NCBI RefSeq assembly: GCF_036321535.1
Contig: NC_087436.1
Coordinates: 97,094,001-97,158,000, forward strand
DNA from: Camelus dromedarius
Lineage: Eukaryota
Reading direction: 5' to 3'
DNA length: 64,000 nt
Shown: positions 1 through 11,615 of the stretch, one piece after another
Position numbering within the stretch: the stretch's first letter is position 1
How the letters are laid out: every line of letters starts with the position of its first letter
Made by a program: the position numbers and the translations under genes
The notes under the pieces: model-generated
What the model was told of the DNA's origin: nothing
Seen by the model: only the letters and a program-made list of their open reading frames with translations
The model's database searches: none

Positions 1-2385
1 AGGCATTTCAAATAAGCCTCTAATACAATGCAGAAGACTAAAGCAAACACAAAGAACTTGGAAAAAAAAAATAGAGCCAATAGAGGAAAGAGGAGAAAAT
101 ACCAAATAAATCTATAATTAACACTCGTAGAGTCAGGGATAAGAGAAGCTAAGGCACCCACAAAACAAGAAAAGATTTTCTAATGAAAAGATGCACTCAG
201 ACAATGAGAAAGACCTCATAGAAATGAAAATATAACAGACATTTTAAAAAACTGGTATATGGGTAGAAAGAAACAGTTGAGGAAATATCCCAGGAGGTCA
301 CACAAAACAAAACAAAGAGACCATAGGAAAAAAAAAAAAAAGATGAAGAAAATTAATTGTTCAATCTAGGTGTTTCAATTAATGAGTCCTAGAGAAAGAA
401 AACAGAAAGAAAGAAAGAATCACGGAAATAATACAAGGACATTTCCCAGATAAAGGACTTGATACTCCACACCGAAAGAGATAAGAGGGCTATAGATTAA
501 AATTAAAAAATCATAACTTGTCATACTATCATGAATATTCAAAGCATCAAGAACAAAGATCCTAACAGCCTCCAAAGGGGAGAAAAAGGTCACATTTAAA
601 TCAGAAGGCACTGGGCTCCTCCACAGTAACAGTGAGGCCCAGAAAGTAATAGAGCTGTGACTTCAATATTCTGAGTTTTCCCTCTTTCTAATTCAGGATT
701 CTCTTTTTCCCCCCAAAGCCTCATTCGAGTGTGCAGGGACAGAAAAAAAGAAATGGTAATTATGAGATGTGACGGAGGTATTAGCTAAGGCTATGGTAGT
801 AATCATATTGCAATATAAAAGTATATCAGATTGTATAACACTGTATACATTAAACTTACACAATGTTATATGTCAATCATTTCAATAAAACTGAAAAGAA
901 AAAGAATAAGACATTATTTTTAAAAGTGTGCAGAGGAAGAAAGGACATTTTCAGGTATGCAAATATCAAAAAATTTGCCTCCTGTGTACCTTCTCTTGGG
1001 AAGCTACCAAGGAATGTAGTTTGCCAAAAGCAACGGACTAACAAAAGAAAAACGTCAGAAAATAGAAAACCCCAGCAAAGGAAGGAAGTAAATTAATGCC
1101 TAAAGTGACGTCCCAGGGTAGCAGCAGTATTGTGGGCCTAGAGCGCTCCTAGTCCAGACCACAGCCATCCTCTGAGGTGACCAAGAGGCTGCCCACAGGA
1201 GAGAAAGTGGAACTGAGGAACTATCTGATGTTTTAACCATTTTAAGAGAAATTGTGCAACTCTTAGAAAATTAGGGGGAAGAATTATTGGTAGATGAGCA
1301 AATGAAAAAAAAATGAGACAACTGATAAAACTAAATTCTAAAGGAAAAGATACGTCCCCACAGTGAACTGTTCAGCTCTTCTATGGAGGATATTTACACG
1401 GCCATGATAATGAAAATATCCATGATTAATGTAAGTAAAGCTGGTGATAGAAATCCATTACCAGGATAGGTGCAGAAAGCATGTGTGGGAAGAATGAGTT
1501 AGAGTTGGGTGGGTATGCGAGCAAAAGCCTTATTCCTATAGGAGGAAGTCAATATTTAAAAATGAAAATTAACAGTTAGGAATTGGGAGGTAAGTTCTAG
1601 AAGAAACTGCTAAAAGATGGAGTGTGAGTGCCTCTGGGGAAAGATGTGGGAAAGAGCAGAGCAACTCCTGACCTCTAGGAGCTAGTCCAGGACTATCAGC
1701 GAGGTCTTGCTGTTGCTGTGAGCTTGCCTGACACTCACAGCTACGTCTTGGTGTTCTCCTGTTTAACATAAACAATTTCACAGAAAATCAGTACCAGACA
1801 AGGCCGCCCTGTGACTGTGATGGATCAAGGCAAAATAAAGACCATCCTATAATCAGGTCTAAACACAGATAAGACATGAGCATGATGCAAGCCACCAAAT
1901 ATGAAACATCTCCTGATTCCAGCTAACAGGAGTGAGGGTTACCTTTTAACCAACAGTAACTTGAACATCTTTCTAGTCTTCCCTCCCTAGGGATAAGATT
2001 GATTGAGATACCCAATCCTGGCATCGTCCCCACTTTTAAACAGCATCCAATCTAGAGCAGAAAACTTGCCCCAGATCCCACAAAAGCCCAATCCTCAGTT
2101 CCTTTTAACATCCTTTAACGGAGACACCCCATGGCTCCCTATGGTGCAAGTTTCTCCCTCACTGAAATGAGTAATAAGCCCTACCTGTTCAATTACAGGT
2201 CTCTTCCTGGTGGCCTTCGGCTGGAGGGCACTGACAGATCCTTGGGTACTTGGGTTAGAAGGAGAGCAAGGGGCACTCATCTGTTGCTTCTCCAGAGTGT
2301 TGTCATGCTATTTTATTTTCAAAAACTATATATATATACAATATATATTACATTGAGATAAACTAAATTCACATATTAAAAAAAG
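1..2385 (+). mobile_element. Old LINE-1 relic (ORF1-like A-rich region, then L1M-type 3' UTR) with nested younger insertions
   Basis: Purine/A-rich decayed ORF1-like sequence at 1-700. L1 3'-UTR-like end (ttttcaaaaactatat...attacattgagataaa...aaaaaaa) at 2310-2385. Nested L1 3' end at ~745-900 (cttacacaatgttatatgtcaat...caataaaactg). Confidence 0.65.
1660..2235 (+). mobile_element. Solo ERV-type LTR nested in the L1 relic
   Basis: LTR-like composition (ccaatc motifs, gataagat, degenerate polyA signal aataag near the 3' end); it interrupts the L1. Family not determined. Confidence 0.5.
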
Positions 2386-4911
2386 AATTAAGGCAGAATG
2401 TTGCATTTACTACTGGTCCTTTGACAATGGTATTGAAGTTGATGTAACATATTCATATCGAATGGGTTACTTCAGAACAGCTAACACATATTCTATTAAC
2501 TTTATAATGAGTAATTTATCATTGAAAATGCCTGGAATTCAGTGGCAAGTGTTCAAGAATAAACTAAAGTTAGAAGCAGTCAAAGAGGCTGGGCATGATC
2601 TTCAGAGGTAGAATAATTTCTACCTGGTCATGGCCCAATATGAAATACTTCATCAGGAGCATGGAGCTCTAGGTACAGCAAAAGGTCAAGAAAAGTTTGA
2701 TGACTAAGATAATGATGAAATCTAATAAACAACTCACAGGTTCTTTTAAAAAATTCATCATCAAAGTCTCCTAAAAATGTAATAAAAAAATTCCGTACCA
2801 TCATCAAACGCTTGATCAGGGTTCAAATTTCTAATTGTCTCATAAAAGTTTCAAATGCTTTCTTATTTTTTACATAAGTTTAAAAAATTGGACTCCAAAT
2901 AAGTTCCACGTAGGTAAGTAACTTCTTGTTAATGATTTTCATGTAAATTAAGACAACTGTAAAATTCACTTGAAAAGTATGCCAACAAAAATGGGGATGG
3001 AGCCATTTAATTATAGATTTGAAAATGATTTTTTTCTTTTTTGTCATTTTTATGTGTTGATGAGAAGTAGAAGTAAAGGAGTTGATTCAAACTAAGTCAC
3101 CAGATTTGAAAACTAGAGCAGACATATTTGCAGAGATGATTTCATTCCTTTGTGTTTAAGTAAATTCTCAAGTCTCTACCATTCGAGTACTGTAATTACT
3201 GTTTTTGATATGTTTTGTCATACCCGGAAGTTTAGCATTAGACTTTCTTACTGGCAAATTCTACAGTCACTGTAAAACAAAAATGGTTTGTTCAGGGTGT
3301 CAGGAACCGTATTATTCAATTATTTGGTTAGCAAAAGCTCTCTTTTTAACAGCATTAATGGCCTCTGAAATTTCTCTCAGTGTTGGATTATAGTTTACAA
3401 CCCATCTCTGTTGAGTCATTGTGTGAAAACCATGACTCCGTACACAGTCATGGGCTGACGATATGAAACCGATGCAGTACATTTTCACGTGAAATGAAAA
3501 CTAGACTGTCTTCTTTTCTGCCAGAATTTTCAGAGACAGATTTTCCAGTGAGGGTGTGTCAGATGCATGGCTACAGCAGACTGTATGGTATCCCAGTATT
3601 TAGAATGTGTTTCTGTACCTTTGTCACGGCTTACTTCTCCCTGGGCGAGATTAGACATTTGAGGTGTAGTTCTGGCAAAGAGAAAGAAAAACTAACCGAA
3701 AGAAGAAAAAGAATTTTTTTTAAAAAAGAAAGAAGTCAGAGAAAAGAGAAAGAGTGTGATATGTTTTGACATGATACATATCTTTAAATTCACCTCCAGT
3801 TTCCCTCCTCTCCTCTGGACAGTCATAAGGAGATCCAGCAACGGACAGGACTGTACTGTGGGAGACCTCACCTCCACAGAATGTCCCTCCTACCCACACT
3901 CTATGACATTTCTTAGAGAATTTATTCCTAGACATATCATAGAAGCACTCATCTCTTTGAAAGTTGAATTTGTCATCAGAAGTCTTATTCCTTGCACTGC
4001 AAAAATAAATTTGCAAGAAACAAATTCTTCAGCATGAACCTCACCCTCCATGTCATGGACACTCTTTTATAAACTGGGGAAAGGAAGCTGAGAGGTGTCC
4101 AATGTGCTGCTTTACAGAAATAATTGAACTCTTCCAACTAAATCTGGATGAGCTGAGACTGCCTCAGGACCCCCTCCACCAATGTCCGTTATCACTCGGA
4201 GAACAATATTGTACACATTGAATCCTCAAGTGTCTTTGTTGCTCAGAAATAAAATTCATTATAAATGGAAAGTATTAAGTTCCTTAGAACCACAGCTTTC
4301 TCCCCTCTTTCACCCTTGTTATCGTGATACATTTGATCTTATGCCATCAACCGCTGGGTTAAATTACTTACATTCACTACAGATATTAACCAGGTCTGAA
4401 ATCAGAAAGTTGCTATCAACCTGTCTTATTTGTTCACTGCCCCTCCTCTCTGCTCTTATCACCAGGTTCAGGGCGCCTCAGGATCTCAGTGAGTGGCAAT
4501 GGTGGGAGGAACAGCCCTAGGCAAGCGGTTTTGTTATGAAATAATCACTGGCATCTCCTTTTTGGCCCTGTTTCCCACCCACCTCTTCCTTTCAGCATAT
4601 CTTCCATGCTATTCTTTTTCTTTTGCTGCCTTGCATCATCTGCCAAAAATCACTTGGGTAAACCCATTTGCACCAGAGTCTTGGCAGGTCTGTGAGTTTC
4701 CTCACCAACATTACTTGAATTTTTAAAAAATGAATCTGTGATGGTAAAATTGAAGCTTCTCTGGGATGCCCTTCCAGGTCCTTCTCAGCCCACACGTTAG
4801 GTCTGCGCAGTGAAGTGCTGTCATCGGGAGGAGGTTTTTTCTGATATTTAAAGTACTATGAGAAATGCATCATTTTTTACTGGTTGATTTCTTAATTCAA
4901 GACTAGCTATA

Positions 4912-5087
4912 CACTGTATAGCACAGGGAAATAGACACAAAATGTTATGATAACTCACAGAGAAAAAAATGTGACAATGAGTGTGTATATGTCCATGAAT
5001 GACTGAAAAATTGTGCTGAACACTGGAATTTGACACATTGTAAAATGATTATAAATCAATAAAAAATGTTTAAAAAAAAGAAAAAAA
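4912..5087 (+). mobile_element. Young 5'-truncated L1 3' end with polyA tail and 13-bp TSD, inserted in the L relic
   Basis: TSD aagactagctata at 4899-4911 and 5088-5100; L1 3'-UTR text (ctgtatagcacagggaa...), aataaa and A tail. Confidence 0.9.
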
Positions 5088-7019
5088 AAGACTAGCTATA
5101 AAATTTTAAGGACACTTCATTTGATTTAAAAAATTTGAGAAAAGACTCAGTCTTTGCTAGGACACAGACGATCCAAGATTGTGCCACCTTTAAAAGATGC
5201 TGTTACAGTTACTGGTAGACCCAGATAACAGCTCCAATGTAATCCCAGGTTCCCATATTGAATTAAACCTGCTTTGGGTTATTTAGGTCACACACTCCAT
5301 AAATGCCCTCTCTGTGTCATTTCTCTGTAAAGAGTGAGTGTGCTTCAGTTTTCTCTATAATATACATTTATTTTTGGAGCTCATTAAACAGGTTAGGAAA
5401 TTTAAATAGATCTAGTCAGTAGACAGAAGCTAACGCTGAAGTTAGAAATACTCTGTGGTATTATCTAACACAAGATGAGGGTTGTTTTTTAACTCTTGGC
5501 TGCTACTTTCAAAGACACTAAGAATGCTATTTGAAAATCAAGTCTAAAAATCAGGTCTACTTTTTTTATATGTGTAACTATTGCCTAAGAATATTTGTTT
5601 TGTTTTAAAAGCAGAACTCCTAATAAATAATGGATGCTATATGCCACTTTGTCCAGGTGGAGGCAGACGAAAGAAAGTTCTGGTTTAGATAGTATCATCC
5701 AATTTGTCTTCACCACTGCCTCTCTCATATTCTCTTTTGCTGCAAATACCTGGTTGTGATCTCTCCTTAGTCTTAAATTGGTTTGTATTTTCCTAAAGTC
5801 CAAGTTCACTCCTGGAAAATAAACTAGGTGCTTGGGGATTAATATTTAATTGCATTTCAGTAAGGGTGCCATATGAATTCATTTGATCATACAGGACGGT
5901 ACAGTCAGTCAGTGTCTCTATATGGGACGCGGCTTCCTTGTGTTTTGAAGGAATGCCTTATTCATGTCCTGAGAGGGGCTGATAGTACTAGGAGAAATAT
6001 GCCAGAATGCTCAAGACCAGAGGACTTCTTTTATTTCAGTGTACAAGAGAAGTGATGTATTCATCCAAGGAAGAACCAACTCTTCTGTTTGGGTAATTTT
6101 AAAAACTGCAGTTTCATCTGTGAAGTCTTCAAAATGTTGATGATAGCTTAGAATAGGCAAAAGGAGCAATTTCTAAAGAATCAATCATTACTAATCCAGA
6201 AACTGAAAGTACAAGGAGTCTTCAGAATTTAGCTTGTGGGATAAGCTGGAGGATTTTTAAATATGCATTTTTCACATATTCAAAATATTCTCATTAAGAA
6301 ATTCAAGGGTTTATTTTAAAGCACTAGACTCCCAAATATTTCCTTGTACTTCACTTGCTCTCATTTCAGCAACAAGCTGTAAACTTAATACCTGGAAAAC
6401 AATCTCAGCATTCCTAAGAACCCAGAGAGTGAGCGGGAGACAGGTTAGGAATTTAAAACACAAGAAACTATCTTTAATATGCTTTTTGAGAGGAAGAGGT
6501 GATCCAGGGGAGGGCCATTTATGAGTTTATGGGGGATTTTTATAGGAAGTTGAAATCTTTATCCATATCCAAAGGAAGAAACAGCAGTGTGCGTGACCTT
6601 GAAGACTGGTATTTTGAGCCATTGCTTAATCCGGCAGCTGTGGCAATGCCCTTTTGTATGATACAAAATAAACAAAGAAGCAGAATATAGTAGGGCAAGT
6701 GTATTCTTGAAGAAGTTTGCTATGTGGTTACAGCTTCAGCTTCCATACAGTGTTAACTGGTTCAACACAACAGTGATGTCTTCCCTACAGTTTCACAATT
6801 AGCTGGGAAATCTGGGCCAATAATATATATTGTGGACAGTTAACAACTTTAATCAACATCACCTGTGAGCCATGACTCACACAAGCAGCAGGATAAGGTC
6901 AAGGCTAATCTACTGAAGAGAAGCCAGGTATTTATCACCAAATCTCTGCCGAATAGATGCGAGGACAATTGGTCCATCTACATATTACAGAGAAAGGAGC
7001 CCTTATGTGAAACATTTGC

Positions 7020-7260
7020 CCACTCATCAATAAATATTACGGGCTTATTGTTTGCTAAGCATTGTCTTAATCCTCCGGGTGGCTTAAAAGACAGAGCTCT
7101 TGTTCCTGGGGGGTCTTAAAAATCTAGTAGGAGTGACTAAACATTGCACTTGATAAGGATCAAAGGAAACCAAAAATGTAAAGAGCAAAGTAGCCATGTA
7201 TTAAGCAGGGTTTCAAAAGCCTGAGTGCTATGGATTAGACAAGGAGAGCAAAGGGACAGA
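7020..7260 (-). mobile_element. L2 3' fragment inserted in the L relic
   Basis: Decayed L2 3'-end pattern (cactcatcaataaatatt...gcattgtc...aaagacag...cctgggggg...aatctagtaggag). Confidence 0.55.
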
Positions 7261-8516
7261 ACAGCAAATAACACAGGCAGGCAAGTCAAATGGTGGATGT
7301 GAAATACAAATAATTTGCTTGAGACATCCTCAGATGCAGGGTAAAACCTGTTGCAAGGTCCCCGACTTGTAGAAAGAACAGTGGGACCACAGAGGAGCCA
7401 AGAGTGCAGCAGTCAGGAGAACTTCCTAGTGAAACCATCCCCAAGGATGCAGCTGCAGCAGTGAGGGAGGTGGCTGTTTCACTCATCACCTAGTTCGACC
7501 GAGCACATCCTGTTACCGTGGGGACAAGAATTGTGAAGCTGGCAACATATTGAACTTAAAAATAAAAAGTCCTCTAGGTTGTATACCAATTTATTTTTAA
7601 CAACGACATTTTTCTGCTTAGTCCTTGAACCTGTCAGGCTGGTGGCTAATTGAATTTTGTTGGTCCAGAGAAAACTTTGTGGATGTGAGTTTGGATGAAG
7701 ATGTAAGCATTCTGACCTACAACATGCAGGGCACCTGCTTCTTCTCTGGGGGATCCTGGGATTTCTCACACTACTCTGTGTTAATTGCCAATGTGTCTTT
7801 TTTCCCACATGTTTACTCTCGAGTGATTTTCTGGGATGCAAAGATGGTAAAGCAGTGGAAGTATACAATATCAGGTAGCTGCTTCTAGTCCCTTTCAGCT
7901 GAATCTGCAGATTCAAAGTTTTTGGATCTCATGAAATTTCAGAAAATTGCTGTTTTTGTGCTGTGACTGATTGCATCTGCTACATAAAATATAGTCTCCA
8001 TTTGTGGTTTTGAGAGATGTGTTCTTTGGAGAGCCTCAATACCAAGATAAAATAGAGCTTATAGCACTTTGTAAGATCAGACCCAAGGGATTTCCCACAA
8101 GTTGAGAGTTCATTTTCAGTATTTGAGAATAAAACAACAGCAACCAACTCAACTATACACTAGACTGGAAATATATCAGTGGCCTCTAAATATACATATA
8201 TAATTACACACACATTTTAAAATGTAGTCCATAAGTTTTGCAGAAATAAAATCCATCCATTTTGGTGAGTGCTAATTAATTCAATTCTAAACCCTAAATT
8301 GAGCAAGACAACTTACAAACATGTTCATTCATTTAACAAATGTTTACTGAGCATCTATTGTGTGTTATGTCTTCTTTTAGCACTGGGGGACACACGTCCC
8401 ATTCCTCACGTGGCTGATATTAAAGTGGGCTACTTACGTCCTTTTCGTATAGTTTAGATTACTAGGAGAGGCTAGCTAGCCAACTTTTTAAGATGGACTT
8501 AAATAAACAATTTCTA

Positions 8517-8880
8517 ATGCTTAAAACTTGCCCTTATTATATATTTTTGTTTGGAGTTTTTCTTAGTGCTACAGGTAAAAGATCAGTTCCCAACCTGTTG
8601 CAGCCTGGAGAAACTATCTGATATTTCACAATAAAGTTAATGCCAAATTCTTTCAGATCTGACTGCTTTGTTTATCTTGATGGCTAGAACAAAGCAATTG
8701 TTAACAGTTATGCTTGAAACAAAACAAATGACTCTAGTTCTAAATAGTAACTCAGAGTATTCTCCATTGTTGATAGTATCTGTTTTTCACAATGTGTAAG
8801 AAAAAAAGGTGTGTTTTTTAAATGGTTATAGTTTCAAAAAAAACTACTGTAATAAAGATGTACATTTTTTTGGTATCAAT
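8517..8880 (+). pseudogene. F: Paramyxovirus-like fusion protein F, N-terminal part (signal peptide, F2, cleavage site)
   Basis: ATG at 8517 followed by hydrophobic IFLFGVFLSA. TGKRSVPNLLQPG (measles TGQIHWGNLSKIG). IKLMPN at 8631-8648, identical to measles F, followed by a Cys. After a frameshift, ARTKQLLTVMLET (AEYRRLLRTVLEP). DVHFFGI at 8857-8877 marks the cleavage site and start of the fusion peptide. Confidence 0.85.
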
Positions 8881-9179
8881 TTTTCCCCAAAATGAATTAG
8901 TTCTTTTGACATGTGAAGGATCTGTTTTGATGATGTCAGATCATTGGATGGAATTTTGAGTTCTTGAAACTTCAGGAGGCTCATATGTGATATAACATTC
9001 AAATCTAATTTGAGAGGAAATGCTTCACTAAGGTCTATTTCCTGAGCATGTCTTTGTAAACAGATGCGAGTATGGAAACTTCCTTTTGCCAATGCCACCC
9101 CTCCTTGTCATTCCTGAACATGTTCTCTTAGGATAATTAAATGTTGAAGTGTCAAAATCGAATAACCTTAAACTCTAAA

Positions 9180-9257
9180 GAATCATACAATTCCAGAGCT
9201 GGAAGTGATCCTTTAGGCCCCACTGGTCCTCCTTTTATAAATGAGGACACTGAGAGG
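9180..9257 (-). mobile_element. MIR fragment within the L 5' relic
   Basis: aatcatacaattccagagctggaag...ttttataaatgaggacactgag, the MIR core pattern. Confidence 0.7.
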
Positions 9258-10098
9258 GAAAAGTAGGTGAAGAGCACGAGGTTTTACTACAGAGCTGCCT
9301 CTGCAGCTGGTGAGTTCCATGTTCCAGTTCCGGCACCTGCTGCAGGTGAAAGAGAGAGAATCATTCTTTTAAGTAGAAAAGCTGAGATACAAGCTTCACA
9401 CACTTATTTGAATTGGAACTGTTAAAGTATTTACAACTCCCTTAAGTATTATTTCTTTCTAAAAGTTAGTCAGGAATTTGTAATCATGGTTTGAGTGGAG
9501 TCAACATTTATATATAAAAACATATATAATATATGCACATATATAGGCATATATAGTAGTTATAACCTGTGTATTTCCCACCCCCACAAATCCAAATATT
9601 TTGAGGTACTTAAACTCATAAATATATGATCATTACAAATAAAATCAGAAAAATCAGAAATTATTCAGAAAAAAAAAAAAAGAAAAGAAATTACTGAAAT
9701 AGAGCTAAGATTGCTCTTAAGCATTGAACCTAACAGTGAGCTCCCTGGTCATCAAGGCAACAGCAGGATGAAGTCTACTGGTCTCATGTTTAGATGAAAG
9801 AAGGTATAACACATTTCTAATACTGAATCCTAGATGATTTTAATGTAGAGATCTTGATGTAAAAAGCACTAAAATAATAAACAAGTTCTCCAAAAGAGGC
9901 TTTGAAAAAGCATCAAACTCTCTTCATGGTTCTTGTATCAAATTTCAGTGAGAGTAGTTGAACATTAAATTGTATTACGGGAAAAGAATTGTCTTTAGGA
10001 CAATAGAATATTTACTTAGATGTGCTAATTACTGATAACCTCAACTGATGCAGGAATAGAAGTTAAAGCAGGCAAAGAAATGAGGATTAGTTTATCTC

Positions 10099-10431
10099 TG
10101 TTGAATTAAACAAGGAGGCCAACAGACTGAGAAGGCTCCAATGCCATGGCAGCCACACAAGCCAATCCAAATTTAAGTCTGTAAAGGCCTCAAGATTATG
10201 AAAGTAAAGTGCTAAGGACAACCAATCACAAATAGCCAGCTAGGTTTTAAACTATAGCCAATCAGATCATTTCCTTTCTTTGCTTCTGCACTTTCTTTAT
10301 ATAAGTCTTTCCCCGGCTCTTGTTGGTGGAGTGCTTCTAACCACTTCTAACTTGACACTGCCTGAGTTGAGTCGATTTTTGCCCACATGAACTCTTAAAA
10401 TGCTTAATATGCCTCAGTTTATCTTTTAACA
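10099..10431 (+). mobile_element. Solo ERV LTR
   Basis: TG...CA termini (tgttgaatt...ttttaaca), repeated ccaatc boxes, TATA-like tatataag. Confidence 0.7.
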
Positions 10432-11009
10432 TCCCTAACAGTCTTATTTAACTATTACATTAACTACGCTTTAGGCTGGAATAGATGCGTGTCCACTCAA
10501 TACTGCATTGTAAACAGCAGGATCAAGTGTCTCTCTACCTACTTGGACTCCTGGGACCTGGAAAGGTTGATACTCTTCCCAGGATACTCTCCCAGCCATA
10601 ACTTCATTCCAGCCAAAAAGCCCAGTGGCTGTGGACAAGAAGGAAGGGAGGTAGGAAATGGGAGTGGCTTCCATGAGTCTGCACCAGTGTGGTCTCAGGA
10701 GAATAGGATTTTCCCCTTCTAACTGAGGGACTCCCCAGTCACAGCCTGGCTTCTGAGAGAGAAGGTAGGGTGTATAAAATATGTAAATGCTATGTAAAAA
10801 TAAATAAATAAACAAATAAAACTTTTATCTTGAAACTCTCTGTAAAGAAAGAAGTTGAGAATTAATACCCAGGCAGCTATTCTTGGTGGTCTAATAAAAT
10901 TATAAAGGTCAACTCTTCTGAATTAATCATCTGTTTCTTAATTTTTCCTTTTTTCACTTTTTGGTGCTAGACTTTATTTTTTTAGGGTACTGACATTTTT
11001 CCTTTACAC

Positions 11010-11450
11010 TGAAGTTAGTCCATGTCCTCTAAAAAACAAACACCAGTACCAGATTAAACATGCTAGAAACTTATTCAGGGGAACTGCCAGTGAGAGAAAA
11101 GGGGAGAGAGCTGGGAGAAGCTTGGTCTGACCTTGGGTGAAGAAAAGAGACAGGGAAGGAAGGAAGGAAGGAGAGAAAGTATTGATTCTAGATGCACCTT
11201 GCAGCTCTAAAGAAAGTTCATCATGGTCATCTAGTAGGTCTTGAGCCAAAATCTCTACTGCCAGAGGAATTTCTGGTCTCCAGGAGCATGCTTGCCTTAG
11301 TATTGCTGCCACACCCAGTCATTGGCTGGAGGCCAACGGGAAGGCATGGCCCTAACAGCATTGAGGTGATGGGTTTCAAAGCTTAAAAGCTGGGTCCATT
11401 AGTTACACACTCAGCAGTCAGAGATCCAAGAGACACCATCTCATGGCCAC
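11010..11450. mobile_element. Old LTR-type element (ERVL/MaLR-like)
   Basis: GC-richer island with LTR-like text interrupting AT-rich viral-derived sequence; family not determined. Confidence 0.45.
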
Positions 11451-11556
11451 CAAAACAATATACTGGGCATATAATGAGTACATAGAATGTCCTTAATTTA
11501 CTTTGAGCAGAGTTAATCACACTACTTTCCATTTTTATTTATCTCTTTAATATATT

Positions 11557-11587
<31 letters not shown>

Positions 11588-11615
11588 CAACAACAACAAC
11601 AACAATAATAATAAT
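11557..11615. repeat. Compound (TAA)n(CAA)n microsatellite
   Basis: Directly visible trinucleotide runs. Confidence 0.95.

Larger units (their letters stand above)
2387..7888 (+). pseudogene. L: Paramyxovirus-like L polymerase, 3' part (~aa 510 to C-terminus), decayed
   Basis: Collinear motifs against measles L. EVDVTYSYR (2435; EFNLSYSLK). HDL (2594). LEKY[fs]CQQKW (2969; motif A DLKKYCLNW). DDFIPLC..FCHT (3135-3224; motif B region). LANSTVTVKQKWFVQGVRNRII (3251-3316; [21 protein letters not shown], motif C). ETDAVHFHV (~3465). VGDLTS..FLREFIPRHIIEA (3858). TCLIC (4419; TCVIC). GISFLA..KITWVNPFAPESW (4550-4684). AHTL (~4790; AHRL). GDPGEG (~6500). LAGKSGPIIYI (6799; LLGKIGSILVI). KMVKQWKYTISGSCF* (7841-7888; KETKEWYKLVGYSAL). 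Many stops and frameshifts. Confidence 0.9.
8881..11532 (-). pseudogene. L: Paramyxovirus-like L polymerase, 5' part (aa 1 to ~510), interrupted by MIR/LTR insertions
   Basis: Candidate ATG at 11532: MESSVINSAQSKLRTFYVLIICP (cf. NSPIV..KL......L...P). KFLTNF*KEI (~9470). E*FSLFHLQQVPELEHGT at 9366-9313 (measles EIFSFFRSFGHPRLEAVT). ALAKGSFHTRIC..FPLKLDLNVISHM at ~9095-8980 (AQASGEGLTHEQC..MPLSLDSDLTMYL). TSSKQILHM (TGSRRLVDV). The start position is less certain than the internal motifs. Confidence 0.85.

Noticed and set aside
2387..2725. Long near-open frame first read as a filovirus/paramyxovirus nucleoprotein (YSYRMG ~ SYAMG)
   Set aside because: It fits L better and in sequence (SYSLK, G-x6-TY, GI..FK, HDL), directly upstream of motif A; a convincing N lies at 16.7-18.7 kb.
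7625..7888. ORF resembling a WD40 repeat (FSGGSWD, VIFWD)
   Set aside because: Its position and terminal KMVKQWKY..* match the L C-terminus; there are no further WD repeats.
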